In this document: piece by piece, positions 46,572-58,090 of the stretch | Position numbering within the stretch: position 1 is the first letter of the stretch | Layout: each line of letters opens with the position of its first letter | Assembly (NCBI GenBank): GCA_002269645.1 | Contig: NIVC01000462.1 | Coordinates: 77,468-141,467 of the forward strand | Source of the DNA: Macrostomum lignano | Lineage: Eukaryota | Length of the DNA: 64,000 nt | Direction of reading: 5' to 3' | Made by a program: the position numbers and the translations under genes | The notes under the pieces: generated by a model | Databases searched by the model: none | The model's input: only the letters and a program-made list of their open reading frames with translations | What the model was told of the DNA's origin: nothing

Positions 46572-48559
46572 TGCAGGCAGCTGAGTTGCTGGGCAGATTT
46601 TACAGTCAGCGATCGGCTCTGCTGATGCGAGATGATCCGCGATGGAGCTCAGCTCCTGATGGGGCTCCTGAAATATGGGATTCTGCCGCCCCCAGAGCTG
46701 ATAAATACAAGCTGGTTGCCAAGCGCCTGACAAACCGCACTTTCTCCACTGTACTCGGCGGCCCCGCAGTGCCCAGTCATGGTGCAGCGGCTCGGTAGCC
46801 ATTGGTTCCTTGATTGGGGGCGGTGATGGCTGGCTGGCTTGGGGCAGTCGAGTCTTCTCTTTAACAATTGGCACTCACGTCTTTTTTGTCTTTTTTTCTC
46901 TTCTCCCACCTAACTCTTTGGAAGGTTCAGAGTCAGATTCATAAAATTCAGCAATTTCCCTAAAGCCAGAAATTTTAGCTATACCCTCATGAGTTGTTGC
47001 ATCTCACGAAAAGCTTCCATGCCATATGATCCTAGCAATTCTTAGTCATTAACCCTGTGCGAAATCTGGAAAATTTGAGTTAACGGTGCAAGTTTCGTGA
47101 AAGTCAGTTGAGCGGTTTTTTTCTAAAATCAATCGAATACCTAGAAACCGAGACAAATCTCGTTTAGTATAGTGGACTAGCAATTTGTGCCCCTGCGAAG
47201 CATCATAGAAAGGAAATGTAATAATATCTACATTATATACTTAAAAAAATTTGCCGTGTACACTTGCTACTGTTATAGTAGCTTCAGAAAGATTATGTTT
47301 GAGCAAAAGGCAACCACTCTTCTGCGGTCTTTTGCACACAAAGTTTCCTTCAAGTCTATAACCCAAACTCTTCTCTGATGCTTGGCCTACCAACAACTTC
47401 AAAATGACCTCGGTTGACCCTTGGCATCTTAGCAACCTCAATATGAGTCACAGAAATTTAGCAATCCCCTCATGAGCCTTGACATCTCAGCCATTCCCCT
47501 CATGATCCACAGAATTTCGCGGACAACGAATCTGCATGTGAAGACGAAGTCAGAGAACAGCAATATATGAAATTTCAGCGAGCTCATCTGAATATTAAGC
47601 TCATTTTAGGTTTATGAGTGAACAACTAATTGGCCAAATGCTATCAACGATTTAGCAGACAACTTTTAATTTCATTATAAGCTTAGATCTTCCAATCTAG
47701 ATCTGGATCGGTGTTAAATCTCGAAGTTTGCAGTTGCCAAGATTAATGTTTGCATGCCCCGCACAAACCCGACACCAGATGCAAGCCCTCGCAAGTAATA
47801 GTAGCTACTACACATGTTGATTTCTTATTCCAATTTCACTAACCGGATCTGAATTTCGTTCAAATAATGAAGCCTAACCTTATGTTTATGGGGAACGACG
47901 TTGGTAGGAAAAATAAATCTAAACGGAATTTGCACAAATTTCTCTATACATTTCCGGATAAAGCTGCGTGGGTGTCAACTGCAATGTCCAAATCAGGTTG
48001 CACAAAGTAAATTTGGAATGTGGAAGCTCACTAACACCAGCTGGCTTGTCGAGAATAAAAAATATGAATATAATTCTTTTAAGAAGTAAAGGTACTTTGT
48101 AAAACTTTATAAAAACACTCTGCTGTCAGCTAACTAAAGCTCACTATGACAGTAGTGACATTTTATTTCGCAAAAGTGAAGCTTTGCAGGAAATGTTCAA
48201 ATATTTTTGAATACAGAAAAGGCAAACTATACGTTCTAGGTATAGCAATCAAACAAGATATGAAGCTGCTTTGAGCTACGGAAGAAGGCCGTTTTCATCT
48301 CTGTTTTAAATATCCTGTCATTTTGTGAAGTTCTTTGCCAACCATCTGTTATTACCACGGTGAAATTTTCACTCAGCCGGCGAGAAGCATTGTACTGCCC
48401 ATTCCGCCGACTCCAGAAATGAAAACGCATATCCAGAAGTATATTTCAGAAGTGTACTGCCTTTGTCGTGGAAATGAACAGTGTAGTGGAAAGCGTTCGT
48501 ACGAATTATAACTAACTCGGCTTTGTACTCCTAGTGGAAGTTCCAGTAAGTTCATGCTT

Positions 48560-48790
48560 TGCTGGCTCTGTCCCCAGCCTCCAGCTACAGTAGCAGCCCT
48601 GCCGCTCAGTTTCTGCACAAAGGGTCCCGGCCGGCTGCCCAATCGAGCCGAGGTCCAGCGACTGTCTCTGGAGTCCATGGCATCAATCATCGTCCTACCG
48701 CCCTCAAGGAAGTCCGGAGTGGAGCGCCTGAACCGCGTAGTCAAAGAGGTCTTGAAGAGCAGAAGAATTCCCGACCGATTTTGAGACAAC
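48560..48790 (+). mobile_element. Degenerate integrase core (rve) remnant
   Basis: SGVERLNRVVKEVLK resembles the SNG.VER.NR.LK motif around the catalytic Glu. The stretch lies between the two duplicated units. Confidence 0.4.
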
Positions 48791-49731
48791 AAATGCAGAC
48801 TGGTGCATGCAGTGTTTTTCACTTCACCCGTTGATCAGTTCCAAATTCCCTGATGTGTGATGCAGCATGACGTAGGCACATGTAAGACTCTTAAGGTCAA
48901 TTCTAATTAGCTGCAAACCTAACAACCAGGTTGAGCCTATCTTGACTCCAAGGAAACCCAATTTTCCAAAACTATAAGTGAAGGATTGACGAATGGAATT
49001 CGTAAAAATAAGTAACGTTAAAAGACTCCGTATAAGCACAAAATAAATGCACATAAAGAATGAAAGACAACACAAGCGGTTGTCATAACGACTATATAGA
49101 GCGCAGTCTGCGACCAGAAGAAGAGGGGATCTCAGCGATGTCATGCGAGTGTATTTCAAGACATCAAATTGTCTCATTGGCAGCAAAGGCTAAATAAGAA
49201 TGACTTAAGAAGAACAGAAAAGTACAATTAAGAGCAAAGAGTGCAGCCGATACCAAGCATAAGAGGAATGAAACAAAAGATGCATGCATTGAAATCTTGA
49301 TGACACACCAAAGAAGAGAAAAAGCTATTGAATGCACACTACGAGCTAATTTGAGAATTTTGAAAGTTTATTGTTTTATTGTACGTGTAGAGTTAAATAT
49401 ATTGTACTAACGAGATGTTTAGCAGTGCAGTGCTTCGAGATTGGGGACTCAAATTTAGCACGAGTGCGGTTGAGACACGGAGAGAGCATAATGATAAGAA
49501 AGAGAGAAGGGAAGGAGAAGAAAGATAAGGAAAAAGGGAGGATAAGCAAGGGAGATTTAAACTCAGTTTAAATTTAGCTCTGTGACTGTTCCACTCTGCT
49601 ATTCAATGCAGCAATTCATGCTTTTCTCAAGAGTGGGCTTCACATAGTCTCAATGCTCTGCCAAATACCCAGAATTAAAGAAAAACACGACAAAACAATT
49701 GAAACACGACGGCACTGGCTGACGTTGACGT

Positions 49732-51573
49732 TCAGGTAAGCATGAGAATCTCCAGCTGCTTGAAGCTGTATAAGAACCCATCAGTGATATTTTTGGGAGC
49801 ATTGCAAGCCCAGACGATGCCTTTGGCTCGGCTTTTAGCTGGTACGTTCAGCGCTGTCGGGTAGTTGAAGTACCTGCCGAACGGACCGGAGTTGTGGCAG
49901 CATTTGTGCCAGTGAGGCTGCTGGTAAACAATCGCACAGTTGTGTATGCAGTTGTTCCATCCGCGATCTCGAGTGATAAACTGCGTGTTTTTCCTTTGAA
50001 TTAGGCAGTCCCTAAGGCCTCCAGCAGGCACGTGGGTGTAATCAGAAATCGTGTAGTTGGTGCTCTCGGCTTGAATGAGCACGTTCAGGTAGTAGGCGTA
50101 GATGTAGGCGTCGTTCCAGTACAGCAGGTCGACTCGGAACCGGTTGCTGCTGGGCTGAGCTCTGGTCCGTGCGTGCAGCCACTCCAGGCCTGAAATTCGC
50201 AGGTAATGAAATTGCGCTTTGGTTCTGATCTTAACAAGTGAACCAGTTGTCGATTCAGTGGCGCATCGAGCACATAATGAAGAAGTCACATGAACACTGA
50301 GCCCTTTTTTATTATTATTAGTAGAAAGCTACAAGCAGCACTTTCTGAAACTATAAGACGATGTTTCATGAGCTAAACCATTAAGACTTTCATTGCTGTC
50401 AATGACTCTTATTTCTTGCTTTTATTTTGTCGATACAGAAATTTATGACATCAAGGATAGAATATACAATAGAAAGTTCCGCCTCACCAACGAAGTAGTT
50501 GCCGTGATAAGTGCCGAAGCCGGTCTTGTACTCGGCCCAGAGCCGGTCGAAGCTCAGCGCGTCTGACACTCGCAGGTTGACGGTCTCGAAGCACTGCTGA
50601 GTGCCCACAGTGTAGAACTCCTACGGTTGGAGTTTGATGTGCAATATAAAGAAACGTGTCTGCAGGGATAGCCCTGATCAAGCACTGCTTTCCCATCACT
50701 CACATAGACGGCCAGCTCATAGCTGCCCGGCGGCTGCTCGAACCAGCGGCACAGCGGGTAGTCGGTGAGCAGAGAGCAGTTGCTGGAGTTGAACACAATC
50801 CCGCGACAGGCCGGCACCTCACTGCATTTGTAAACGCAGCCAACGAGCGATGAGACAGCCGGCTGGTGCTGAAGAAAGGCGGCGATAATCTTCACCGAGT
50901 TGCTGGGAATGTGGATCCGCTTCAGAGTCACGTTCCGATCCACCAGGTACTCTGTGAGATGGATATTTGGGGTTGGATTCTATGGGCATTACGGTGAGAA
51001 CAGCCTGCATCATCCCTGAAACAAGCTGGATTGCATCAACATTTTCATGCTGGAACTCATCACCTTAAAAAGGTACTAAAACTCACTGCGCGCGGCGTCG
51101 ATGCCACTAAGCAGCTGCTGCTCAAAGTCGCCAGCCCTCCAGATATGCACGCCGTCCTCAAGCCGATTCTCCCTGGCAACAAAGCTGCTGCTGCTCAAGC
51201 CCGGCTCGCTCGCAGTGTTGATGACGAGCACCTGGCATTCGAGGATCGCGGCTTTTTTGACGACTGCGACAGCGCAGGACGTTGCCCAGCACTTCCACAG
51301 GCAGAGAACATCTGATCGAACACCCGTCTCGTTGAGCAGCTCGCTGCTCACGTAGCTGCCGATGCCGATGTAGCCGCTGGTCACCCGATGGTAGAAGCCT
51401 CCGGTGACGGCGCTTGGGTCTGCGGCGGAGACCACAGCTGAAAGGGGTGTGAGTGAGCAGTGAGTGAGTAGAGTCTCTCCATCAAGGTAGCACCATTTCC
51501 ATTCAGACTCACCCGTGAGCAGCTGGCACAGAAGCAGCTGCAGCGGATCGGACCGCTTGGCTGTCAGCTTCAT
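49732..51573 (-). CDS. Secreted fibrinogen-related protein (signal peptide - PAN-like - PAN-like - FReD), copy 4, 416 aa
   Basis: Exons 51573-51513, 51437-51087, 50951-50704, 50620-50488, 50189-49732 join in frame (1251 nt). Exon structure and motifs are the same as copy 2. Confidence 0.85.
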
Positions 51574-53389
51574 TGCAGGCAGCTGAGTTGCTGGGCAGAT
51601 TTTACAGTCAGCGATCGGCTCTGCTGATGCGAGATGATCCGCGATGGAGCTCAGCTCCTGATGGGGCTCCTGAAATATGGGATTCTGCCGCCCCCAGAGC
51701 TGATAAATACAAGCTGGTTGCCAAGCGCCTGACAAACTGCACTTTCTCCACTGTACTCGGCGGCCCCGCAGTGCCCAGTCATGGTGCAGCGGCTCGGTAG
51801 CCATTGGTTCCTTGATTGGGGCGGTGATGGCTGGCTGGCTTGGGGCAGTCGAGTCTTCTCTTTAACGATTGGCGCCTATGTCTTTTTTGTCTTTCTTTCT
51901 CCTCTTTTCCTTCCCAACCCTTTTTTGAAGGTTCTGAATCAGATTCAGATAATTCAGCAGTTCCCCCAGATGCCAGTAAATTTTAGCTATACCCTCATGA
52001 GTTTTGACATCTCACGAAAAGCTTCCATGTCATATGATCCTAGCAATTCTTACTCACCAACTCTGTATGAAATCAGGAAAATTTTTGAGTTAACGGTGCA
52101 AGTTTAATGAAAGTCAGTTGAGCGTTTTTTCTAAAACCAACCGAATACCTAGAGACCTAGGACGTAGATACCGAGACAAATTATGTTTAGTATAGTGGAC
52201 CAGCAATTTGTGCCCCCTACGGAGCATCATAGAAAGGAATAAAATGTATTAATAACTAAATAATACACTTAAAACATTCGACCGTGTACACTTGCTACTG
52301 TTATAGTAGCTTAGAAAAAATTATGTTTGAGCAATATGCATATCACTCCTCTGTGATATTTGGCACCAAAACCTCCCTTTAAGTTTTTAACCTAGCTATA
52401 ATTTCTCCTTTGATGCTTGGCCTACCAACAGCTTCTAAGTGACCTCGGTTGACCCTTGGCGTCCTAGCAACCTCAATATGAGCCACAGAAATTTATTGAT
52501 CCCCTCAGTTGTCCCTCAGACATCTCAGCCATTCCCCTCATGATCCACAGAATATCACGGAGAACGAATATGGAAGTAACTAAGGAAGACATCGACCTAG
52601 TCAGAGAACAGGAATATAAAAAATGTCAGCTCTTTTGGCTTACGAGTGAAAAATTACTAATTGGCCAAATATTGCTAACGATTTTGCAGACTAACTTCAA
52701 TTTCATTGTAAGCCCTATGGATCCTCCAATCTTAGATCTGGATTCAGTGTTAAATATCAGATTTAGCAGTTGCCGAGATAAATGGTTTGCATGAATGAAT
52801 GCAAGTAAAATAGCTACTGCATGTTGATTTCTTATTCCAATTTCACAACCGGATCTGAATTTCGTTCAAATAATGAAGCCTATAACGCAGGTTTGCGAGG
52901 TTCGTTGCCCGAGCATAGGGGAACACGAATCTAAGCGGAATTTGCACAAACGTCTCTACATTTCCGGATAAAGCTGCGTGTGTGCCAACTGCAGTGGCCA
53001 GATCAGGTTGCAAAAAGTAAATTTAGAATGCGGAACTTTACAAACGCTAGCATGGATTGTGGAGAATAGAAAAGTTATGGATATACTTTTTTCTAGGAAG
53101 TAAATTTTCTTGTCAAACTTTGAAAAAACTGTGCGAAGTTCGCATATACTTACATGTACATGCATGTATGAGCAGTAGTGATATTTTATTTCACAAAAGT
53201 GAAGCTTTGCAGCAAATGTTTAAATATTTTTGAATGCAGAAAAGGCGAAAAGGCGAAAGCATAGCTGCTTTGCTATGGAAGAAGGTCGTTTTCATCTCTA
53301 ATGTTTAAAATATCCTGTCATTTAGTGCCAGTAAATCGCTTTGTAATTGTGAAGTTCTCTGCTAACCATATTTTATTACCACGGCGCAC

Positions 53390-53690
53390 TTTAAGCGAAA
53401 TTGTCACACAACCGGCGAGAGGCATTGTACTGCGCATTCCGCAGACTCCCCTGAGCAGGCACACAAGCGCGCGGATACGTACGCAGTCACATACCATAGG
53501 CGCACACTCGCAAAGGAGTGTACAGTGGCCCTAACTTCATTTATCATTAGGCATGTGCACTTCAATGTGCCTTGTTAGGGGTTGGCGGTTGGCTCAAGCA
53601 GATCGAGTTTCTAATTAATTTAGGCCCCAAATTAATGTGACTGCACTTGAAATCGAGACTGGGCTACCCAGATCACGTGTTCCCGGTTCA
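53390..53690 (-). mobile_element. tRNA-derived SINE, second copy of the 7079-7350 family
   Basis: CTCCCCTGAGCAGGCACACAAGCGCGCGGATACGTACGCAGTCA is shared with the reverse complement of 7250-7296. A truncated trace at 48370-48415 lies within the segmental duplicate. Confidence 0.6.
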
Positions 53691-54863
53691 GCTGGCCCGC
53701 CAAGTGCGTATCGATTTTTTTAGCTTTTTAGTCTCCACGTTTTTATATTCAGGTTTTTTTGAGTCAAATAAAATAAAGTAAATAAATATACGCTCGAATA
53801 CTCGCACAATGCGGTCAAGCTCCAGCCTGCGCTTCTCATGCCAACTGCCTTCTTGACTTCGTCTCACTGGTTTAACTTTTTCGCCACCAGAAAAATGAAA
53901 GAGAAAACGGATTGTACAGTCGACGCGGCATATCAGGGGCAGTTTCAGTAAATATAGCTCATGAAGTCAAGGCTTATAGATTGGAGTGCACGCAGGTACG
54001 CTGAATGAGTTGGAAGCTTAGACTTGCTTTTTGTTTCTTGGTGTACACTGATTTAAATATGTTTAGTCTGGAATCCGTTTGGCAACAAATCAACGATTTT
54101 AAAATGTTCGGTCAAGAAAGAAAGGTTCTTCACACTGTCAAAACAACTGTTGCAGCAGAGAAGGTGTTCTTGGGTAGCTGCTATTTTCAGCCAATGTTCT
54201 CTCCCTCTAGTGGATATTTTTAGGTTATTTTATTGCATGAAATTTTCTGATCCACCGAACAAGAAAATCGTAGAAGGATAAAAGCGTTTGAAAGAATAAT
54301 TATGCAAAGTTATGTTGATTTTCGCCTTTAAGTTCAAGCTTTTCTGCAGCTTTTTTAAAATACTCGTAGCGACGGGTCCGGATGCAGGAGAAAAGTGCGG
54401 TGTAAATGAAACTTGCTGCTGTTTTGGGAGTTTGGGAGGAAAGCAAAAAGCAAAATAAAGTAAATGACACATTAAATTTCTCTGGTTTACTTACAGTTTT
54501 TTTTAAAAGATTATCCAAAACGGCTACTCTTTCCCAATCAACCGCAATTAAGGGCAAAAAAACGGAAACCGAATGTCCTTCGCACAGAAGAGTGTTCGCA
54601 AAGGCTATCAGGAAAAGTACACTGAAACGCTGCGATTTGAAATAGATAGAAGGCATCGAATTTTGGAATGAAAAAAGCAGAGGCAAAAATACAGTTTCAG
54701 AGAGTCGATTTCAGACGCAAACTTCTCGAGCTTAAATTACTTTACGTAGGCTTAGGTATGCATGCCAATTGGCTAAAATTGCACGTCTTGATCTAACACT
54801 AAATTACAGCTTTGACAGTTCATCTGTTCTGCTCAGCTGCATCAGCGTTTGCTTCATTCGCAC

Positions 54864-55897
54864 TCAGCCACGGACAAAGAAGTCGCCACTACTGGCGCTT
54901 CTGAGGGCGGCCGGGACCGCAGCATACTTCAGCAGGTGGCACAGGCGCTGCTGCTGGCTGAAGATCACCGCCTGGCAACCGGAACCTTTACTGGAGCACA
55001 GATACGCGCAATGGACCTGACTTGAAGCGCTGACAGCCGTAAAGTTTGGCACATCAGGGATGTTGGGTTCGACGAAGGTCCGGTTGCCGCTGGTGAAGTT
55101 GTTACATTCGATTCGGAATGAATGATTTGACGTTAAACGGTTTGCCTCTATATGGCTTTTGAGCTACTACGAGCGTACTTAAAAGTTAGTTTGGCAGCCA
55201 TAAAACACACCGGAAGGAGCCAAACGCGATAAATCAGTTGCGAAAAGCAGGCAGCGGCCTGCCGGGTGCAGAGGCTTTAAGCTGGCCGGTGCGGCCAACA
55301 CCCCCACACCTCAACCCCCCGCCAAAGTACAGCGATATGTACAGCGGCACCCTCCGGCGTGTCTAACACCCCTTACTCAGAGAGTAACGATTGCATAATA
55401 CAATGTAGTAAAATATGAAGAACAGTTGTTGAGCAAGTGGCCACCAGCAGCAGCAACTCACCGTTGGTGTAGCTCAGCTGGAGCACCCGGTTTCGCTAGT
55501 CGCCTCCGCAGTTCTGGCCCGAATTTCCACTGAAGGCGAGATTGCACTCCGAGTCAGGAGCAGCGCCCAGTGACCCATAGGAGTTGCCGCAGAAGCACCA
55601 GTATATGGCTTGCAGAGCCGCGAATTGGAAGCCACCCAGAGCGCAGACGCTGCTGCACAGCTCGTGAGTCATTATCGAGTAGCTGCCGACAAAAGCGTTA
55701 CCGCCTTCGTATTTTGGAGATACTTCGGAGCTTCCGATCCGTATGAGGCCAATGTGCTTCATGTCACCGAAGTCTCTCATGTGATTCGAGTATTCAACGA
55801 AGCAGCCGAGGTCCGAAATCTGGAACTGGCGGCAGAGAGAGGCGCAGATGAGGCAGCTCAGGATCGGAGCAGCGCAGAGGATCCGGCAGAGAGGCAT
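54864..55897 (-). pseudogene. Secreted WSC-domain + PAN/apple-like protein with a premature stop
   Basis: Exon 1, 55897-55462: signal peptide MPLCRILCAAPILSCLICASLC, then WSC motifs LGCF..MTHELCSSVC..GFQFAALQ..WCFCG..C...SG...Q.CGG. In-frame TAG at 55498-55496 falls where W is expected (CGGD*RNRV), and a conserved Cys reads Phe (CNLAFSG). Exon 2, 55147-54864, joins in phase and encodes HCAYLCSSKGSGCQAVIFSQQQRLCHLL. Confidence 0.75.
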
Positions 55898-56351
55898 GGC
55901 CAGGCTGGGTTTGTCAGTGCTGCATTAAGCAGAAGATTGCCGAATCTCTGTGCGAGAGAGAGGCTAAATAACAGCAGCCTTATTGATGCGTTGCCACGGA
56001 GACTCTCAGCAGGCAGCCTCTTGAAATCCATCAGCGCCATGCATTAACTCGCTCTTGCCCTTAGCCAGAATCAGTGGAGCTTGGAGACCGTTGGGAGTCT
56101 CGATTTGCTTTCTGTCGTTGTCGCATCGAGGCTGCAGCAACTGCTCATAGCCTCATGAGCCCTCATCGAGATCTGTTTTTCGATTGCGCAGGTGACGTTG
56201 AAGCCATTAGTCTACCGTGTGTCTGCGTCAAAAAATTAATTTGAGTTTTAACCCGGCCGCAGCACTTCGTTCGTGACTAAAACGATGAGGAGCAGCTGGC
56301 GGCCGTAATGATCAATAAGACAGACTGAAACCATCTCTCTAGGCCCATTAG

Positions 56352-56352
<1 letters not shown>

Positions 56353-56410
<58 letters not shown>
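56353..56410. repeat. (TATC)n microsatellite
   Basis: About 14 perfect copies. Confidence 0.97.
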
Positions 56411-57889
56411 GTTCCACCATTGAACGAGCCGAGCCCGGCACCGCCGAAGGCGGCTTCGGGCGAGTGAATAATTGAGTGAAGAAAGTATTTACGAGTAAAT
56501 AAGGTAGACTCCCATGCATTTTGAAATTTTACGTTTTTTCTCTAAAAAATTCTCCTGTTTTGCAACCACTGCACCGATTGAGTTGAGTTGAGTGAGGTGT
56601 CGATCGAAAGAAAAATTTTATATCTATCGAATGAATATACTTTTAAGTGCAGAGATTACTTAACTGAGCCGTAAATTAACTGGAAAGACATTTTTTTCAA
56701 AAGTGCTTCTAGGAGATCTCAAAATTCTGGTACACCTTACGAGATACGGCTTCGACATCTGAAGATCAAAGTTTTCAAATTAAATTTCCTACAAAATGTA
56801 TATGGCGCTTTGATTTATTTCTGCATTTTTATGCAGTTTTGGTGGCTTTTTTGGGCAAAAAATGACCCTCATTTTATTATTTCGCCCCCTTTTCCTACGA
56901 AGCTTTCTGAGTTTGGGCTTCAAAGCAGTGCAGTTAGATGCGCAATGCAAAAATCTACAAGTGTCTAAATAACCGGGAAATGGTAGGAATTTTGCACTGA
57001 AACCAATACACAGTGTTCCATACAGCTAATTTAACAGATTTCTTGAGTTTCATAACCATTCGATGCTCTTTTTAGGTAAAAAATGCTTTTTTTGCACCAA
57101 AATTCATCAGATTAAGCTGCATATACCGCTTTGCATAATTTGCATTTGCATTCGATTGCTTGCACGTTGCATGGCTTTGGCGTTGGGCTGAGTTAACCTG
57201 GTTAGAAAGGAAAGGAAAGGAATCACACACTCCCGTCCCTTCTAAGGGGGGGGGGCTGTGGCGTGAGGGCTTGGCGGCTTGGTTTGGAGGGCGTGTAATA
57301 GAGCTTCATTTGACTCGCGCACAGACCAAGGAAAATTAGATCGATAAACGGGCGTCACTTTTTTCATCTTAGACATTTATTATAGGTGGATTTAGCTCTT
57401 TAACTGCACATTTGATTTGCAAGCCCAGTTCAAAGTTTGGCCAAGTCACTACGTGTACAATCCTTCCCCAGACTATAAGGTTGCCTCCATTTCTCTTAGG
57501 CTCTTTTGTGAGCCTGGAGTGAAATGGGTGTTAGCCATCCACCCCTCGCGCTGTACTTTGTGCCGCCTTTGTGCGCCGTCCTCTCTACCCCCGTGGGGTG
57601 GGGGGGGTTTGCTCACCCGCTTATTTATATGCACGCCGCCCTCTGTACCCGTCGTTCGCTTTGGCTTTGCAACGCAAATTTTTTTTAAACACATTTTATT
57701 TTTTAAATCTCGTTTGCTTGCAAAATACACTTATCCCCACCTTTCCTTTCCCCACCTCTCGCGCTGCTTCGGGCCATAGACCTTTGCCTGCCTGCTGTTC
57801 GTCTCATTTGCTGTTGGGGTGTGATTGGTTAACAGGCGATACGGCTTATGAAGTAGCTAGCTATTTACAGTGTTTTGGAAAGACCTTTA

Positions 57890-58090
57890 TTTATAGCTTT
57901 CTTTGCAACTCCGTTGGAGAAGAGGCGTGCGGTATCTTAAGTGTACTATCTGATTGAGAGTACGAGGTTTATGTCCCACAAAACTGGCCTGACTTTCCAA
58001 GCACTTCAGCTGATGCTGAGGATCATGCGCCGAAACAACCAGCTTAATGAGGTCGAGGTGGTATAACCCTGCTACGCTCTGGAGACTTTG
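57890..58090 (-). mobile_element. Possible Penelope-like GIY-YIG endonuclease C-terminal remnant
   Basis: LIKLVVSAHDPQHQLKCLESQASFVGHKPRTLNQ loosely fits IL......L..LE...I...KP.LN. No RT was seen. Confidence 0.25.

Larger units (their letters stand above)
44905..53450. repeat. Tandem segmental duplication: unit A 44905-48415, unit B 48797-53450
   Basis: Both units begin AGACTGGTGCATGC and share the 3' flank, gene and ~1.5 kb upstream flank. Unit A is ~1.1 kb shorter through loss of the middle of the gene. Confidence 0.9.

Noticed and set aside
48824-49186. 120-aa hydrophobic minus-strand ORF downstream of FReD copy 4
   Set aside because: The homologous flanks of copies 1-3 have stops and frameshifts, so it is not conserved as coding.
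51574-51804. 77-aa N-terminal extension (MATEPLHHDW...) and in-frame retention of the 75-bp intron 1 in FReD copies 3 and 4
   Set aside because: Copy 2 has a frameshift in the extension and a TGA in the intron. Splicing GTGAGT...CAG gives a clean signal peptide from MKLTAK.
56410-57000. GCCGAAGGCGGC-containing stretch resembling a DNA-transposon/MITE end
   Set aside because: No matching second terminus, TSD or second copy was found in the window.
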